Origin: Eubacteriales bacterium
GTDB taxonomy: Bacteria; Bacillota; Clostridia; Oscillospirales; SIG627
NCBI GenBank assembly: GCA_045594565.1
Contig: JAZNYT010000002.1
Span: 1,824-65,823 of the forward strand
DNA: 64,000 nt
Reading direction: 5' to 3'
In this document: one piece after another, positions 52,971-63,162 of the stretch
Layout: every line of letters begins with the position of its first letter
Position numbering within the stretch: position 1 is the stretch's first letter
Translations under genes and position numbers: made by a program
Notes under the pieces: model-generated
Databases searched by the model: none
What the model was told of the DNA's origin: nothing
The model's input: only the letters and a program-made list of their open reading frames with translations

Positions 52971-53963
52971 TTAGTCCTCCTTGATGTCGGAATTCGACAA
53001 CGGATTTAAGTTTATTGCGTTTTTCATTTGCGCATCGCTTACGTGTGTATATATCTGGGTGGTGTTAAGCTGTTCGTGACCGAGAATGTCTTTAAGTACA
53101 CGGATATCCACCTTACCTGTACCGTACATAAGAGTAGCGGCTGTGTGCCTCAGCTTATGAGTAGAAAGTCCACGACCCCCAAGTCCTGCAAGGGTGAGAT
53201 ATTTTTTCACTATCCATTGCACGGTCTTATTGCTTATTCTCCTGTTATTACGGCTGATAAATAACGCGTTGGAATCCTTACAGCTGATACCTCGGCGTAT
53301 TTTCATATACTTTTCAATAGCATCAACACACATGTCGTTTATGTATACGGTTCTCTGCTTGTTACCCTTACCTGTAACAATGAGCTTCTTTTCTTTCATA
53401 TCCACGTGATGAAAGTCAATTCCCACAAGCTCGGAAAGTCGCATACCGCAGTTGAGGAAAAGCACCATCATAGCAAAATCTCTTGCCTTGTTTTCGTTTG
53501 TGGTGTCAGATAGGATTGCATCGAGGAAACGCTTGGATTCTTCAAGGGTAAGATATTTCGGAAGTGCCTGCTTGACAGTGGGAGAGGTAATATCGGATGC
53601 AGGATTATCTTTTATAAGCTTTTCTTTTTTTAGAAAAGCGTAAAAGTTTCTTATTGCAACAAGCTTTCTTGCACGGGATGCCGCCTGGTTTTTCTTATCA
53701 AGGGCAACGTGAAGCATATAATCGTATATATCCTCACTTTGAATACCGAGAACAAATTCCTCGGGTATGGAATCAAGGTCAACCTCTACGTTTCCAAGCC
53801 TTTGCTTCTTCGGGTAAATGTATTTGAAAAAATTACAGATATCGAGGCAGTATTCGTTAACGGTCAAGTCTGAACGGTTTTCGATTATCTTCTTTTGCAT
53901 AACAAATTTTTTGAGAAACGCGGGAGCCTCAGTGTAATTCAAATTGATCACCTCTGAAAACAT
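52971..53963 (-). CDS. tyrosine site-specific recombinase, XerC/XerD-like
   Basis: Catalytic region ARDFAMMVLFLNCGMRLSEL, HKLRHTAAT, LGHEQLNTTQIYTHV, with a SAM-like N-terminal domain. Confidence 0.85.
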   Translation of the reverse strand: MFSEVINLNYTEAPAFLKKFVMQKKIIENRSDLTVNEYCLDICNFFKYIYPKKQRLGNVEVDLDSIPEEFVLGIQSEDIYDYMLHVALDKKNQAASRARKLVAIRNFYAFLKKEKLIKDNPASDITSPTVKQALPKYLTLEESKRFLDAILSDTTNENKARDFAMMVLFLNCGMRLSELVGIDFHHVDMKEKKLIVTGKGNKQRTVYINDMCVDAIEKYMKIRRGISCKDSNALFISRNNRRISNKTVQWIVKKYLTLAGLGGRGLSTHKLRHTAATLMYGTGKVDIRVLKDILGHEQLNTTQIYTHVSDAQMKNAINLNPLSNSDIKED

Positions 53964-54050
53964 TCTAACATATTTTTATTTTTTTTACAATAGTTAAAAT
54001 ACCTTTGACATAATTTACTTTTTGTGGTATTATAGTAAAGAGGTGTAAAT

Positions 54051-54773
54051 ATGGCAAAAACCAAAGACATACAAATATGCAATTACGATGTGCTTTTCAA
54101 TAAAACTCATAAACCTTCGTCGATATATAAATTTTTTCAGCAGATAGCAACCGATGACCTTGATACCTTCGGTATTGATTCGAAGACACTTCTCGACAGA
54201 GGACTTGCATTTGTCCTTGCAAGAATGATGACAAGATTCTATAAGCCGCTTTCGGTTTACGATAAGCCGGAGCTTTCCTCCTGCCACAGAAAAACCAAGG
54301 GTGTCAGCTTTATAAGAGACTACGTTCTCAAAAAGGACGGAGAGGTCGTTGCCGAAACGAGCTCGTATTGGGTTCTTATTGATATAAATTCAAGAAAGAT
54401 ATGTCGCCCATCGGTGCTCTTTTCCGAGCCTGTGCTGAATGAGCTTTGTTCTTTTGAGATAGATGACAGATTCGCTTTTCCCGAAGGAACGGAAACTCAT
54501 ACTTATCCGTACACTGTTGCCTTTTGTGATATTGATGAAAATATTCATATGAACAATACAAGATATCCCGATATATGTCTTGATGCAATGGGTGGGATAA
54601 AAGAGGACGAATTTGTATCCGAAATAAGAATCGATTATCTTAACGAAGCGAGAATGGGGGACTCACTTTCAATAACCTACACCAAATCCCCGGACTCTGC
54701 GTTTTTTAAGGCAGAGAATTTAACAAACGGCACAAAATGCTTTGATGCAATTATTAAAATAAAAAAGAAATAA
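54051..54773 (+). CDS. acyl-ACP thioesterase
   Basis: Double hot-dog architecture of about 240 aa. Segments LLDRGLAFVLARMM, SYWVLIDINSRK and the DIDENIHMNNTRY catalytic region. Confidence 0.75.
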   Translation: MAKTKDIQICNYDVLFNKTHKPSSIYKFFQQIATDDLDTFGIDSKTLLDRGLAFVLARMMTRFYKPLSVYDKPELSSCHRKTKGVSFIRDYVLKKDGEVVAETSSYWVLIDINSRKICRPSVLFSEPVLNELCSFEIDDRFAFPEGTETHTYPYTVAFCDIDENIHMNNTRYPDICLDAMGGIKEDEFVSEIRIDYLNEARMGDSLSITYTKSPDSAFFKAENLTNGTKCFDAIIKIKKK

Positions 54774-54786
54774 AAGGAGAAACAAC

Positions 54787-55509
54787 ATGAGAGTTATCGT
54801 AGTAAAGAATTACGACGAACTGTCCGCAGAGGCTGCAAAGCTTGTAGCGGCACAGATGACACTTAAGCCCGACAGTATTCTCGGACTTGCCACAGGTACA
54901 ACCCCTATCGGTATGTACCAGAAACTTATCGATATGAACAAGGCAGGAGAGATTGATTTCTCGAAAATCAAGACCTTCAATCTTGATGAGTACTATCCCA
55001 TCAAGCCTGATAACGACCAGAGCTACAGATACTTTATGAACAAGTATCTTTTCGACCACGTAAACATCGATAAGGCGCAGACAAGAGTTCCTAACGGTAT
55101 GGCAGAGGATCCCGTTAAGGAAGGCAAGGAATATGATGACGCTATCGACGCTGCTGGCGGAATCGACCTTCAGATTCTCGGTATAGGCAGAAACGGACAC
55201 ATCGGATTCAACGAGCCTGATGCAGACCTTATCGCCGGTACACACCGTACAATGCTTACAGAGGACACTATTGAAGCAAACTCCAGACTCTTCAACAGCA
55301 TTGACGAAGTTCCCACACAGGCAATCACAATGGGTATGGTATCCATCCTCAAGTCCAAGATGATAGTCCTTCTTGCTAACGGCAAAAACAAGCACGAGGC
55401 AGTAAAGAAGCTTCTTGATGATACCATTACAACTGCAAATCCCGCAACCTTCCTCAAGACACATCCTAACGTTGTTATCATCTGTGATGAAGAATGCTAT
55501 AACGGCTAA
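54787..55509 (+). CDS. nagB: glucosamine-6-phosphate deaminase
   Basis: LGLATGTTP, FNLDEY, LGIGRNGHIGFNEP and ITMG. Confidence 0.95.
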   Translation: MRVIVVKNYDELSAEAAKLVAAQMTLKPDSILGLATGTTPIGMYQKLIDMNKAGEIDFSKIKTFNLDEYYPIKPDNDQSYRYFMNKYLFDHVNIDKAQTRVPNGMAEDPVKEGKEYDDAIDAAGGIDLQILGIGRNGHIGFNEPDADLIAGTHRTMLTEDTIEANSRLFNSIDEVPTQAITMGMVSILKSKMIVLLANGKNKHEAVKKLLDDTITTANPATFLKTHPNVVIICDEECYNG

Positions 55510-55525
55510 TCAAGAATAAAAGAGA

Positions 55526-55560
55526 AATGCGAGTTCTTTTGAACTCGCATTTTATTTTTT
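55526..55560. terminator. bidirectional rho-independent terminator
   Basis: Stem AATGCGAGTTC/GAACTCGCATT, loop TTTT, T-run. Confidence 0.8.
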
Positions 55561-56605
55561 AGTATGTATAATTGGTGTACATTTCTATCATATCGTATAT
55601 GGGAGAATACTTTGTTTCGCCATAGCCCGTAACCGCAATGTAGGTTTTGCCGTTCTTTTCTGCAAAGCTTACAAGACAGTGTCTGGACTGGGCTGTATAT
55701 CCTGTTTTACCTCCGCATATTTCCATTCCCTCTATCTGATTGCTCTTAACCTTGTTGAACATGGTTGAATAGAACTCTATTGGCTTTCTCGCGCCGGTTT
55801 CGGAATCTGTTGTTGTTCCTGTAGTGGTGTACTTGTAGGTGGAAAGAATCTTACGGCAAAGCTCATTTTGTATAGCATACTCAAGGATAATGCCCATATC
55901 GTAAGCCGTTGTATAGTGGTTTTCATCGTGAAGACCGCTGGTGTTGGTGAAATGAGTATCTATAAGTCCAAGCTCCTCGGCTTTCTCATTCATCATTTCA
56001 ACAAAATTTTCTTCACTGCCTGCAACGTATTCTGCAATGGATACGGTAGCATCGGCACCCGACGGAAGAATAATGCCGTAAAGAAGGTCGCGTATTGTTA
56101 CAACGTCGCCCGACTTGAATCCGGTAACGGTAGCGTTTTGCAAATAAAGGGGATTTATAATTTCAAAGGTCATAGTAAAGGTATCGTCAATATCAATTAT
56201 ATTTTCAACCGCAACGATAAGTGTCATCACCTTTGTCATAGAGGCAGGGAACATTCTTTCCTGCGAGCCTTTTCGTGCAAGAACCTTTCTGTTGTTAACA
56301 CAGTAAAGAAGCGCATATTGACTGTTAACGTTTGAATATAGCTGCTCGGAGTAATCGTCATATATAAGTGGCTCGGGAATATAAGCATCGTTTTTAAGTG
56401 ATATTGCCGGAGCGTTGCTTGGCAAAAGATTATCATAATCGTCCATCACCGCAATATCGTCGGGATTTTTTCCGAGAGACATTATTTTATCAACTGAAAA
56501 TACAATGAATTTTACAAAGTACGTAATTACCGTTATTACTACTGCACAAAGAAGAAGTAAAATCAAAAGTCTGTCATATCTGAATTTTCTCATCTTTTTG
56601 TTCAT
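55559..56605 (-). CDS. D-alanyl-D-alanine carboxypeptidase (S11 family, low-MW PBP)
   Basis: N-terminal TM anchor, SxxK motif PASMTKVMT, SGAD-like SGADA, and KTGYT. Confidence 0.85.
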   Translation of the reverse strand: MNKKMRKFRYDRLLILLLLCAVVITVITYFVKFIVFSVDKIMSLGKNPDDIAVMDDYDNLLPSNAPAISLKNDAYIPEPLIYDDYSEQLYSNVNSQYALLYCVNNRKVLARKGSQERMFPASMTKVMTLIVAVENIIDIDDTFTMTFEIINPLYLQNATVTGFKSGDVVTIRDLLYGIILPSGADATVSIAEYVAGSEENFVEMMNEKAEELGLIDTHFTNTSGLHDENHYTTAYDMGIILEYAIQNELCRKILSTYKYTTTGTTTDSETGARKPIEFYSTMFNKVKSNQIEGMEICGGKTGYTAQSRHCLVSFAEKNGKTYIAVTGYGETKYSPIYDMIEMYTNYTY

Positions 56606-56671
56606 ATGGTATCTCCGTGGTAGAAGGTTGTGAATAATTATAACACGGTTCTCGAGTTTTGTCGATATAAA

Positions 56672-58033
56672 TTACAAGGTTTCTTCCTTTAGCTTGTTAA
56701 TAACCTTTTTACTTACGACAATGTAAATGATAGTATTAGCCGCAAAGGTTACAAACCAGCTGACGGGGTAGGATAAGTAGAGCATTTTAAGAGATGGATT
56801 TGCCGCAAATATTGTGTATATCCAAAGTACTCTTAGCGCACATACACCGATGAGGGAAACGAACATTGGAACCGTTGAGTATCCAAGACCTCGAAGGCAT
56901 CCTGTAGACACGTCCATCCAACCGCCGAAAATAAATGCAGTAGCAAGTATCAGTACTTTAAGCATGGCAATTTCTACTACCTTGGGATTGCTTGAGAACA
57001 GATACAAAAGAGGCTCTCTGAAAACAATAACAGCACTGCCGAGAATGAGCCATATAAGTACGTCAAGAAGCAATGCATTGTAGAAGATGGGTCGTATTCT
57101 CTTATAATTTTTTGCACCATGATTTTGACCGGTAAAGGTCATAGCTGCGTGATAAACACTTTGCAGCGAAAGGGAAAGAACGTTATCAAGATTTGTAGCA
57201 ATTCCGTTTCCCGACACTGCATACTGTCCGAATGAGTTAACAGATGACTGTATAATAGTATTTGAAATGGCATACATACTGGCGTTTATGCCCGAGGGTA
57301 CACCGATTCTGAAAATATCGAGGGCGGTTTTAAAGTGAAATTTGATTTTTTTGACGTAAAGTCTGCACATACCTTCTATTTTTGTAAGAGATATGAAAAC
57401 AAGAATTGCCGACAAGTAGTTCGATGCTGTCGTTGCTATCGCAACACCTGCCGCATCAAGATGGAATACAATAACGAGTATAAGGTTTAATATAACGTTA
57501 GTGAGTCCCGATGCTATCATAAAGTACAAGGGCCTTTGAGTATCACCTGCAGAACGAAGAACGGATGAGCCGAAATTGGTCATAAGAATTCCGGGAACGC
57601 CGAGGAAATAAATCTTAACATATATTGATGCTTCGGGGAGTGTTTCGGCGGGAGTGTTCATAAGAACAAGCATACCCTCCGAGGCAAAGAAACCGATAGC
57701 GCCTGCAAGAAGACCTCCGAAAAGAGCAAGAAACACGGTAGTATTTACACCGTTTTTTACGGCAACGGGGTCGTTTGCTCCTATTCTGTTGGATACTACG
57801 ACGTTAATTCCGACAGAAAGACCAAGAAAGAAATTTACAATGAGATTTATAAGAGAGTTACACGCCGTAACACCTGACAACGCTGCATCGCTTCCAAACT
57901 TTCCTACAACCATGATGTCGGCTGCACTGTAAAGAACCTGTATGTAGTTCGTAAGTATTATGGGAATACAGAAAATTATCATATTCTTAAGGATGCTGCC
58001 TTCAAGCATATCTACGTGGCGTCTGAGTCTCAT
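56672..58033 (-). CDS. MATE family efflux transporter
   Basis: Twelve TM helices with a typical GSILKNMIIFCIPIILTN start. The ATG overlaps the upstream stop (TAATG). Confidence 0.85.
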   Translation of the reverse strand: MRLRRHVDMLEGSILKNMIIFCIPIILTNYIQVLYSAADIMVVGKFGSDAALSGVTACNSLINLIVNFFLGLSVGINVVVSNRIGANDPVAVKNGVNTTVFLALFGGLLAGAIGFFASEGMLVLMNTPAETLPEASIYVKIYFLGVPGILMTNFGSSVLRSAGDTQRPLYFMIASGLTNVILNLILVIVFHLDAAGVAIATTASNYLSAILVFISLTKIEGMCRLYVKKIKFHFKTALDIFRIGVPSGINASMYAISNTIIQSSVNSFGQYAVSGNGIATNLDNVLSLSLQSVYHAAMTFTGQNHGAKNYKRIRPIFYNALLLDVLIWLILGSAVIVFREPLLYLFSSNPKVVEIAMLKVLILATAFIFGGWMDVSTGCLRGLGYSTVPMFVSLIGVCALRVLWIYTIFAANPSLKMLYLSYPVSWFVTFAANTIIYIVVSKKVINKLKEETL

Positions 58034-59067
58034 TACTTAATCCTTTCTTTATAAGTTCTTATTGTGTTGACGATAACGAATGCTATAATTATAAATCCTA
58101 TGTATCCGAATGCAGGGTAAATCGTGGATACAAGCTCCTTGAATCCGATTGAGCTGAGTATTACCGAGAGAACCGAAATAACTGCACTCAAAATAATTTT
58201 CTTCGCTACAGAATTTTTCCCAAGCTGTACAAGAGGGAAAAGTGAGGAAATAGAACAACCTGTCATTGCAAGGATGAGAAGCACCGAATAGAAAATTCCG
58301 AGTGTAGGATTCAGCAAATTCGCTATAGCTATCATAGGCAGGTCAAAGTCAGACGATTCGGGTACCGAGAATATACCGAGCAGAATAGCCCCACTCAAAA
58401 GTAAAAGAAAGAGAAATGCAAGGACGGAGGAGCTTTTTAAAACTCTTGAGCTTTTTAAAACTCTGCCAAGCGCCGCAAATACTCCTACACCTGCAATGAA
58501 ATTGTAGGATATGTAGAGAAGGGAAGAAATGAGCGCCGCGAAAAAGCTTTCATCGGATGCAGGAATATGAATTCCGTTTTTCGTAATGCTTATCGCGGAT
58601 ATAACGAGAACACTTATTGTCAGAAGGGGAGTAACCGCCGCAAAAAACGAAATTATCTTTTTGACACCCGTAAGTGATATTACAGCAACGACCGACACAA
58701 AAATAATTGCCGATACCGTTATATCAAGCTTGAAGTACTCGTTCATAAGAGAGCGCGCGCCTGCGGTCATAATTAAGTGAAGGCAGAAGTAAAAAACCGC
58801 TTCCAAGAGAAACAAAAGTATCTTTGATATTTTGCTTTCGCTTGGTGTTATAATGCTTATAAACGTGGAAGCGCCCTTTATCATAGCGTATCTCATAATG
58901 AGAAATGATAAAACTACTATTCCGAGTATTGATATTAAAAGCCCTGCAATTCCGAAACAACCGTACCGACCGAAAAACTGCCAAAGCTCCTGACCCGATA
59001 CAAAGCCGGCACCTATAAAAGCACCGGCTATCGTTGCGGAAAGTGAAAAAGAATATGGTATCTTCAT
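58033..59067 (-). CDS. YkvI-family membrane protein (putative transporter)
   Basis: GAFIGAGFVSGQELWQFF N-terminal motif and about 11 TM helices. Confidence 0.65.
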   Translation of the reverse strand: MKIPYSFSLSATIAGAFIGAGFVSGQELWQFFGRYGCFGIAGLLISILGIVVLSFLIMRYAMIKGASTFISIITPSESKISKILLFLLEAVFYFCLHLIMTAGARSLMNEYFKLDITVSAIIFVSVVAVISLTGVKKIISFFAAVTPLLTISVLVISAISITKNGIHIPASDESFFAALISSLLYISYNFIAGVGVFAALGRVLKSSRVLKSSSVLAFLFLLLLSGAILLGIFSVPESSDFDLPMIAIANLLNPTLGIFYSVLLILAMTGCSISSLFPLVQLGKNSVAKKIILSAVISVLSVILSSIGFKELVSTIYPAFGYIGFIIIAFVIVNTIRTYKERIK

Positions 59068-59324
59068 TGTTTTTTATTTTCCTCGTAAGCCGCTCTTACC
59101 GCAATTGCAAGCTGGTCAGAGCAAGAGGTATTTTTGAAGCCACACTTGATTCCACGAACCTTTTCTTCAATTTGTTCAACCGTAAGCCCCTCAACAAGAG
59201 AGGAAATGGCTTTAAGGTTTCCGTTACAGCCTCCTATGAAGCTGACGTTTTTTACTACGTTTCCTTCGATTTCAAAGGTTATCTGTCTGGAACAGGTTCC
59301 CTTTGTATTGTAAGTGTATTTCAT
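59064..59324 (-). CDS. TIGR03905-type 4-Cys TSCPD-domain protein
   Basis: 86 aa with KGTCSRQITFEIEG...VSFIGGCNGNL...GIKCG..TSCSDQLA. Confidence 0.75.
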   Translation of the reverse strand: MKYTYNTKGTCSRQITFEIEGNVVKNVSFIGGCNGNLKAISSLVEGLTVEQIEEKVRGIKCGFKNTSCSDQLAIAVRAAYEENKKQ

Positions 59325-59382
59325 ACTTTTCTACTCCCAATATACATATCACTCTAAAGTATACCAAAATACTTTAAAAAGG

Positions 59383-62300
59383 TCAACTGTCATTTTGCCC
59401 AATTTCGATTTCCTTTGACAGACAAAAAGAATAAATATATACATTTGCCACCGAAACGCCTTCTATTTCTTCGACAGATTTTCTGTAAAGGTTTAGCTGA
59501 CGGGCGTGCCGTTCAATAAGGGCCTTCTCTCCGTCTTTTTTATTGACGTTGTCCGTTTTGAAGTCGATTATCGTATAGCTTCCGTCGTCATTCATATAGT
59601 AACAGTCGATAACACCCTGTATAAGAGTTTTCCTTGACTCTTTGTCAAGGTATTCTTTCTTTTTCTCGTCCTTAAAAAATTCCGACGATGGCATAAGAAT
59701 AGTGTATCTCTTTTCTCTTTCTACCTTCTTGGATTTAGCAATCTCCTTGTATATCTTCGACTTGAAGAAATCCGAGAGGGCTTTGTGGTTCAGCACGTTC
59801 ATTTGCTCCTCGGTGATAAAGCCGTATTTGAAGAGCCTTTCGGCTTCCTTTAAGGTAGTGTTCTTAACGCAATTTTCAAAATTGCAAAATTGCATAAACG
59901 TATGCATCGCAATTCCCGTAAAGGAGGAAAGATTGGAAGAATCCATAGCCATAAATTCAGGGTAACGTCGGATTCCCGATGCTTTAACGTCGGTTTCGTC
60001 AAGCAGTCCTTCGCGTATTTCTGAAACCGATATTTTGAAGGGGGTACCCTTTAAAAGAGGGGTGGCGATATCCTTCATCGCAAAATCTATTTCCTCTTTT
60101 GAAATCGCTCTGTTTCTCGCATCAATCTTCGTAACCTCGGGCACGTTCAGAAGATTTTTGCTTTCATACTCTGCAAAAAGGTTTATCTTCAGTCCTTCGC
60201 CGCAGTATTCAAGATTCTCGCCGCGGAAGCTCTCCACGGCTTTCTTGAATAATGGCTCGCTCATAAGACCCGCTCCAAGCATCTTTAAAACAGTTGATGC
60301 ATTTTTTATGAAGTATGAGAAGGTTGTGCGGTTTAAGACGGCACTTTTTGCATATGATATGAATTTGTCTATGTTTGTGTCAGCAGTTATTATCAGCTTA
60401 TATTTTGCCCTAGTTAATGCAACGTATAAAAGCCTTAATTCTTCGTCTGCGGTTGCAGCTCTTGTTTCTGCAACGGCTGCCTTTTCGGCGTAGGTATTAA
60501 CCTTAGCGCCAAGCTTTCCTGTGGGAATAGCGAATGCAGGTCCGAAGCTTTCACTCATAACAATTCGCTCCTTTTCATCCTGCCTGTTTATAAGAGAGTC
60601 TGCGGAGCAGAAAAAGCATATGGGGAACTCAAGACCCTTTGAATCGTGAACGGTTGTAACGTGTACGCAGTTTGACACTTCCTTTTCGCCGGTATTCTTC
60701 TTTTGGGTGAGTATATTATCGACGTAGGAAAGAAACTTCGTAATTCCCTTGAATTCGTTTCTTTCATAGCTTCTTGCCATTTCATAAAACGATATAAGAT
60801 TTTTACGTCTTTCGTCTGCATTGTTAAGCGTACCTGCGATACCCTGAAGGTGAGTATCCTGATATATATGCCATATAAACGACTCGGAAGAGAGTCTTCG
60901 AGAGGCTTCACGCCAGCTTGCAAGTCGCTCTATGACCGCTTGACATCTGCTCTTCAGGCTTTCGTCTGCACCTTTTCTTGCATATTCTGCCACGGCAAAA
61001 TAAATATCTGTATCAACGCTTCCGCGTCTCAGTGTCAAAAGGTCACTTGGCGTAAAATGAAAAACCGGAGAGGTGAGCGTTGCCAAAAAAGGTACGTCGT
61101 CCGAGGGATTATCACAGGCTCTTAAAAACGAGAGTATCGTTGAAATTTCGTAGCTTTCAAAAAAGCTTTTGTTCGGCGTATAATCCGAAGGAATAAGACG
61201 GCTTGTTAAAGCTTCCTGCACTTTTATAAGAGATTTGTGATTTCTTGCAAGGATACAGATATCCGAGAAGGAAAAATCTCCGCCTTCGACTATCGTGAGA
61301 ATTTTATCTGCAATAAAATCCAGCTCCCCCGAATCGTTGAAGATGCATAATTCCGTTTCGAGCTCCTTGTCCTCCTTTTTCGAGAATACCAGATGGTCGT
61401 CCTTTCTGTATATATCCTCGTTTCTGTAGTTCATGATAACTTCAAAAACGTTATTTACAAAATTTACAACCGATTTGTCCGAACGGAAATTATTCTGCAG
61501 AGAAATGAGAGTTGGCGCAAAGCTTTCCCTTTCTTCGTCAACCGATAAAAAGGTGTTGCGGTACTCCATAAATATTTCGGGAGTGGCGCCTCTGAATTTG
61601 TATATACTCTGCTTTACGTCGCCTACCATAAAGCGATTGTGAGAGTTTGAAACTGCACGGAAAATCGTATCCTGCAATTCGTTTACGTCCTGATATTCGT
61701 CGATGAGAATCTCGTTGAACTTTTCACCCATAGATATGGCGTAATCGGTCTTTGTAAATTCTCTCGTTTCGTGATTGTAGCTACCTTCAACCACAAGCGC
61801 TTTGTATGCGAAATGCGCAACGTCATCAAAAGAAAGAATCCTCTTTTCAAGCTTCTTTTCCATAATGCGCTCATGCACCTTTTGAATGAGAGCAAAAAGC
61901 TCACAACAGATAGAATATGTATCGGCTATATGAGAGAACAGCGTCTCGCTGTCGCCGATAGGGAAGGATTTTATTAAGCCTTCAATAACTCCTTTTCCGC
62001 ACTCTCGATATGCCTTGAAGCTCTTTTGAGCCGACTTTTCGTCATCAGTTGTGGGACTGAACCTGTCTAGGGATATAGCTTTGTATTCGGAAAGCTTTGC
62101 TATCATTTCCGACATGTTTTCCGAAGTGTAAATTTGCGTTGCGACTGCAATGTCGTGGTTAATTGCATCGGAATACTTTTCCGCCATTGCTTCTCTTGAA
62201 ACAAGCTCGTCGCGTGCGGCTTCGAACAAGGTGAGCGCAACGTGAACCCTTTCGGTGTATTCCGCTTTTATAATTTTTCCAACGTGAGTATCAAAGAAAG

Positions 62301-62985
62301 AAGCCTCGCTTTTATCCATATAGTGACTCTTGAGCGTTTCTTCATATCTTTTAAGCATAAGCCTCATTCGCGAGAAGGGCTCGGGAAATTTTAAAATAGC
62401 GAAATACAAATGCTTTATTGTATCCGCGAGGGGGTCGTATCCCTTTGAGGCGGAAAAGGTATCAACCAGTGACAGATATCCCCGTCTTACGCCTTCGGGT
62501 AAAAATGACCTGTCGCAGAAATCCTCGTACACCTCGCCCTCGAAGCATTCGTCGGTTATTTCGTTTATTGCTTCATCAACGATAGCCGAAAGCTCTCCCT
62601 CGTCACCCAAGGTCATATCCGACGGAAGGTTGAGCGTTGCGGCACACTCGTTTGCTATGTACTTACAAAAGGAATCAATTGTCAAAATTTTGGCGGAGGG
62701 AAGCTTCATAAGCTGTTTTTTTAGCTTTTTCAGCGATTTGTTTTCAGCGTATCTCTCGTTGATTGCAGAAAAAAGCTTTTCACGGAGCTCTGTTGTTGCC
62801 GAGACGGTAAAGGTTGCAATGAGGAAATCCGTAATGTCAGCGTTTTCTGCAGGGTCAAGGAGCTTTTCTATGATTCGCTCTGTCAACACCGCAGTTTTTC
62901 CGCTTCCTGCAGCAGCGCTTACAAGTATATCACTGTCTTTCGTATATATTGCCTTTTCTTGATTTGGCGTCCAAGGATGCTTTGC
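59383..62985 (-). CDS. addA: ATP-dependent helicase/nuclease subunit A (AddA; UvrD-like helicase + RecB-family nuclease)
   Basis: WTPNQEKAIYTKDSDILVSAAAGSGKTAVLTERI, LIDEYQDVN, TVHDSKGLEF, and the C-terminal nuclease GVIDCYYMNDDGSYTIIDFKTD. Start at the ATG at 62985. Confidence 0.85.
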   Translation of the reverse strand, partial: AKHPWTPNQEKAIYTKDSDILVSAAAGSGKTAVLTERIIEKLLDPAENADITDFLIATFTVSATTELREKLFSAINERYAENKSLKKLKKQLMKLPSAKILTIDSFCKYIANECAATLNLPSDMTLGDEGELSAIVDEAINEITDECFEGEVYEDFCDRSFLPEGVRRGYLSLVDTFSASKGYDPLADTIKHLYFAILKFPEPFSRMRLMLKRYEETLKSHYMDKSEASFFDTHVGKIIKAEYTERVHVALTLFEAARDELVSREAMAEKYSDAINHDIAVATQIYTSENMSEMIAKLSEYKAISLDRFSPTTDDEKSAQKSFKAYRECGKGVIEGLIKSFPIGDSETLFSHIADTYSICCELFALIQKVHERIMEKKLEKRILSFDDVAHFAYKALVVEGSYNHETREFTKTDYAISMGEKFNEILIDEYQDVNELQDTIFRAVSNSHNRFMVGDVKQSIYKFRGATPEIFMEYRNTFLSVDEERESFAPTLISLQNNFRSDKSVVNFVNNVFEVIMNYRNEDIYRKDDHLVFSKKEDKELETELCIFNDSGELDFIADKILTIVEGGDFSFSDICILARNHKSLIKVQEALTSRLIPSDYTPNKSFFESYEISTILSFLRACDNPSDDVPFLATLTSPVFHFTPSDLLTLRRGSVDTDIYFAVAEYARKGADESLKSRCQAVIERLASWREASRRLSSESFIWHIYQDTHLQGIAGTLNNADERRKNLISFYEMARSYERNEFKGITKFLSYVDNILTQKKNTGEKEVSNCVHVTTVHDSKGLEFPICFFCSADSLINRQDEKERIVMSESFGPAFAIPTGKLGAKVNTYAEKAAVAETRAATADEELRLLYVALTRAKYKLIITADTNIDKFISYAKSAVLNRTTFSYFIKNASTVLKMLGAGLMSEPLFKKAVESFRGENLEYCGEGLKINLFAEYESKNLLNVPEVTKIDARNRAISKEEIDFAMKDIATPLLKGTPFKISVSEIREGLLDETDVKASGIRRYPEFMAMDSSNLSSFTGIAMHTFMQFCNFENCVKNTTLKEAERLFKYGFITEEQMNVLNHKALSDFFKSKIYKEIAKSKKVEREKRYTILMPSSEFFKDEKKKEYLDKESRKTLIQGVIDCYYMNDDGSYTIIDFKTDNVNKKDGEKALIERHARQLNLYRKSVEEIEGVSVANVYIYSFCLSKEIEIGQNDS

Positions 62986-63162
62986 CATAACTTCCTCCAA
63001 AATTTTTATATAAAAAGTATACAACATAATTCCTTATTTTGCAAATATTTTCAAAAAATTATAGATTTTTGAAAAATGGATTGATTTATTTGAAAAAAGT
63101 TGTATAATAGATAAATAGATTTGATGTTTTATAGAATAAAACGATATAAAAGGACGGTAAAT

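Noticed and set aside
52971-53963. The tyrosine recombinase as an integrase of a mobile element, or as the enzyme that would rejoin the split sigG about 48 kb away (a skin-like distance).
   Set aside because: It has no flanking direct or inverted repeats, phage or conjugation genes, or nearby tRNA. The interval between it and sigG contains essential sporulation operons (spoIVA, sigE, spoIIIA), so it cannot be an excisable element. Its sequence looks like a chromosomal XerC/XerD-type recombinase. A role in inversion cannot be excluded, but nothing in the sequence supports it.
63028-63162. An expected T-box leader upstream of valS, which is common in Firmicutes.
   Set aside because: The spacer is only about 135 bp and AT-rich. 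It contains a promoter-like TGTATAAT but no specifier hairpin or T-box sequence. Absence is noted, but on its own it is not remarkable.
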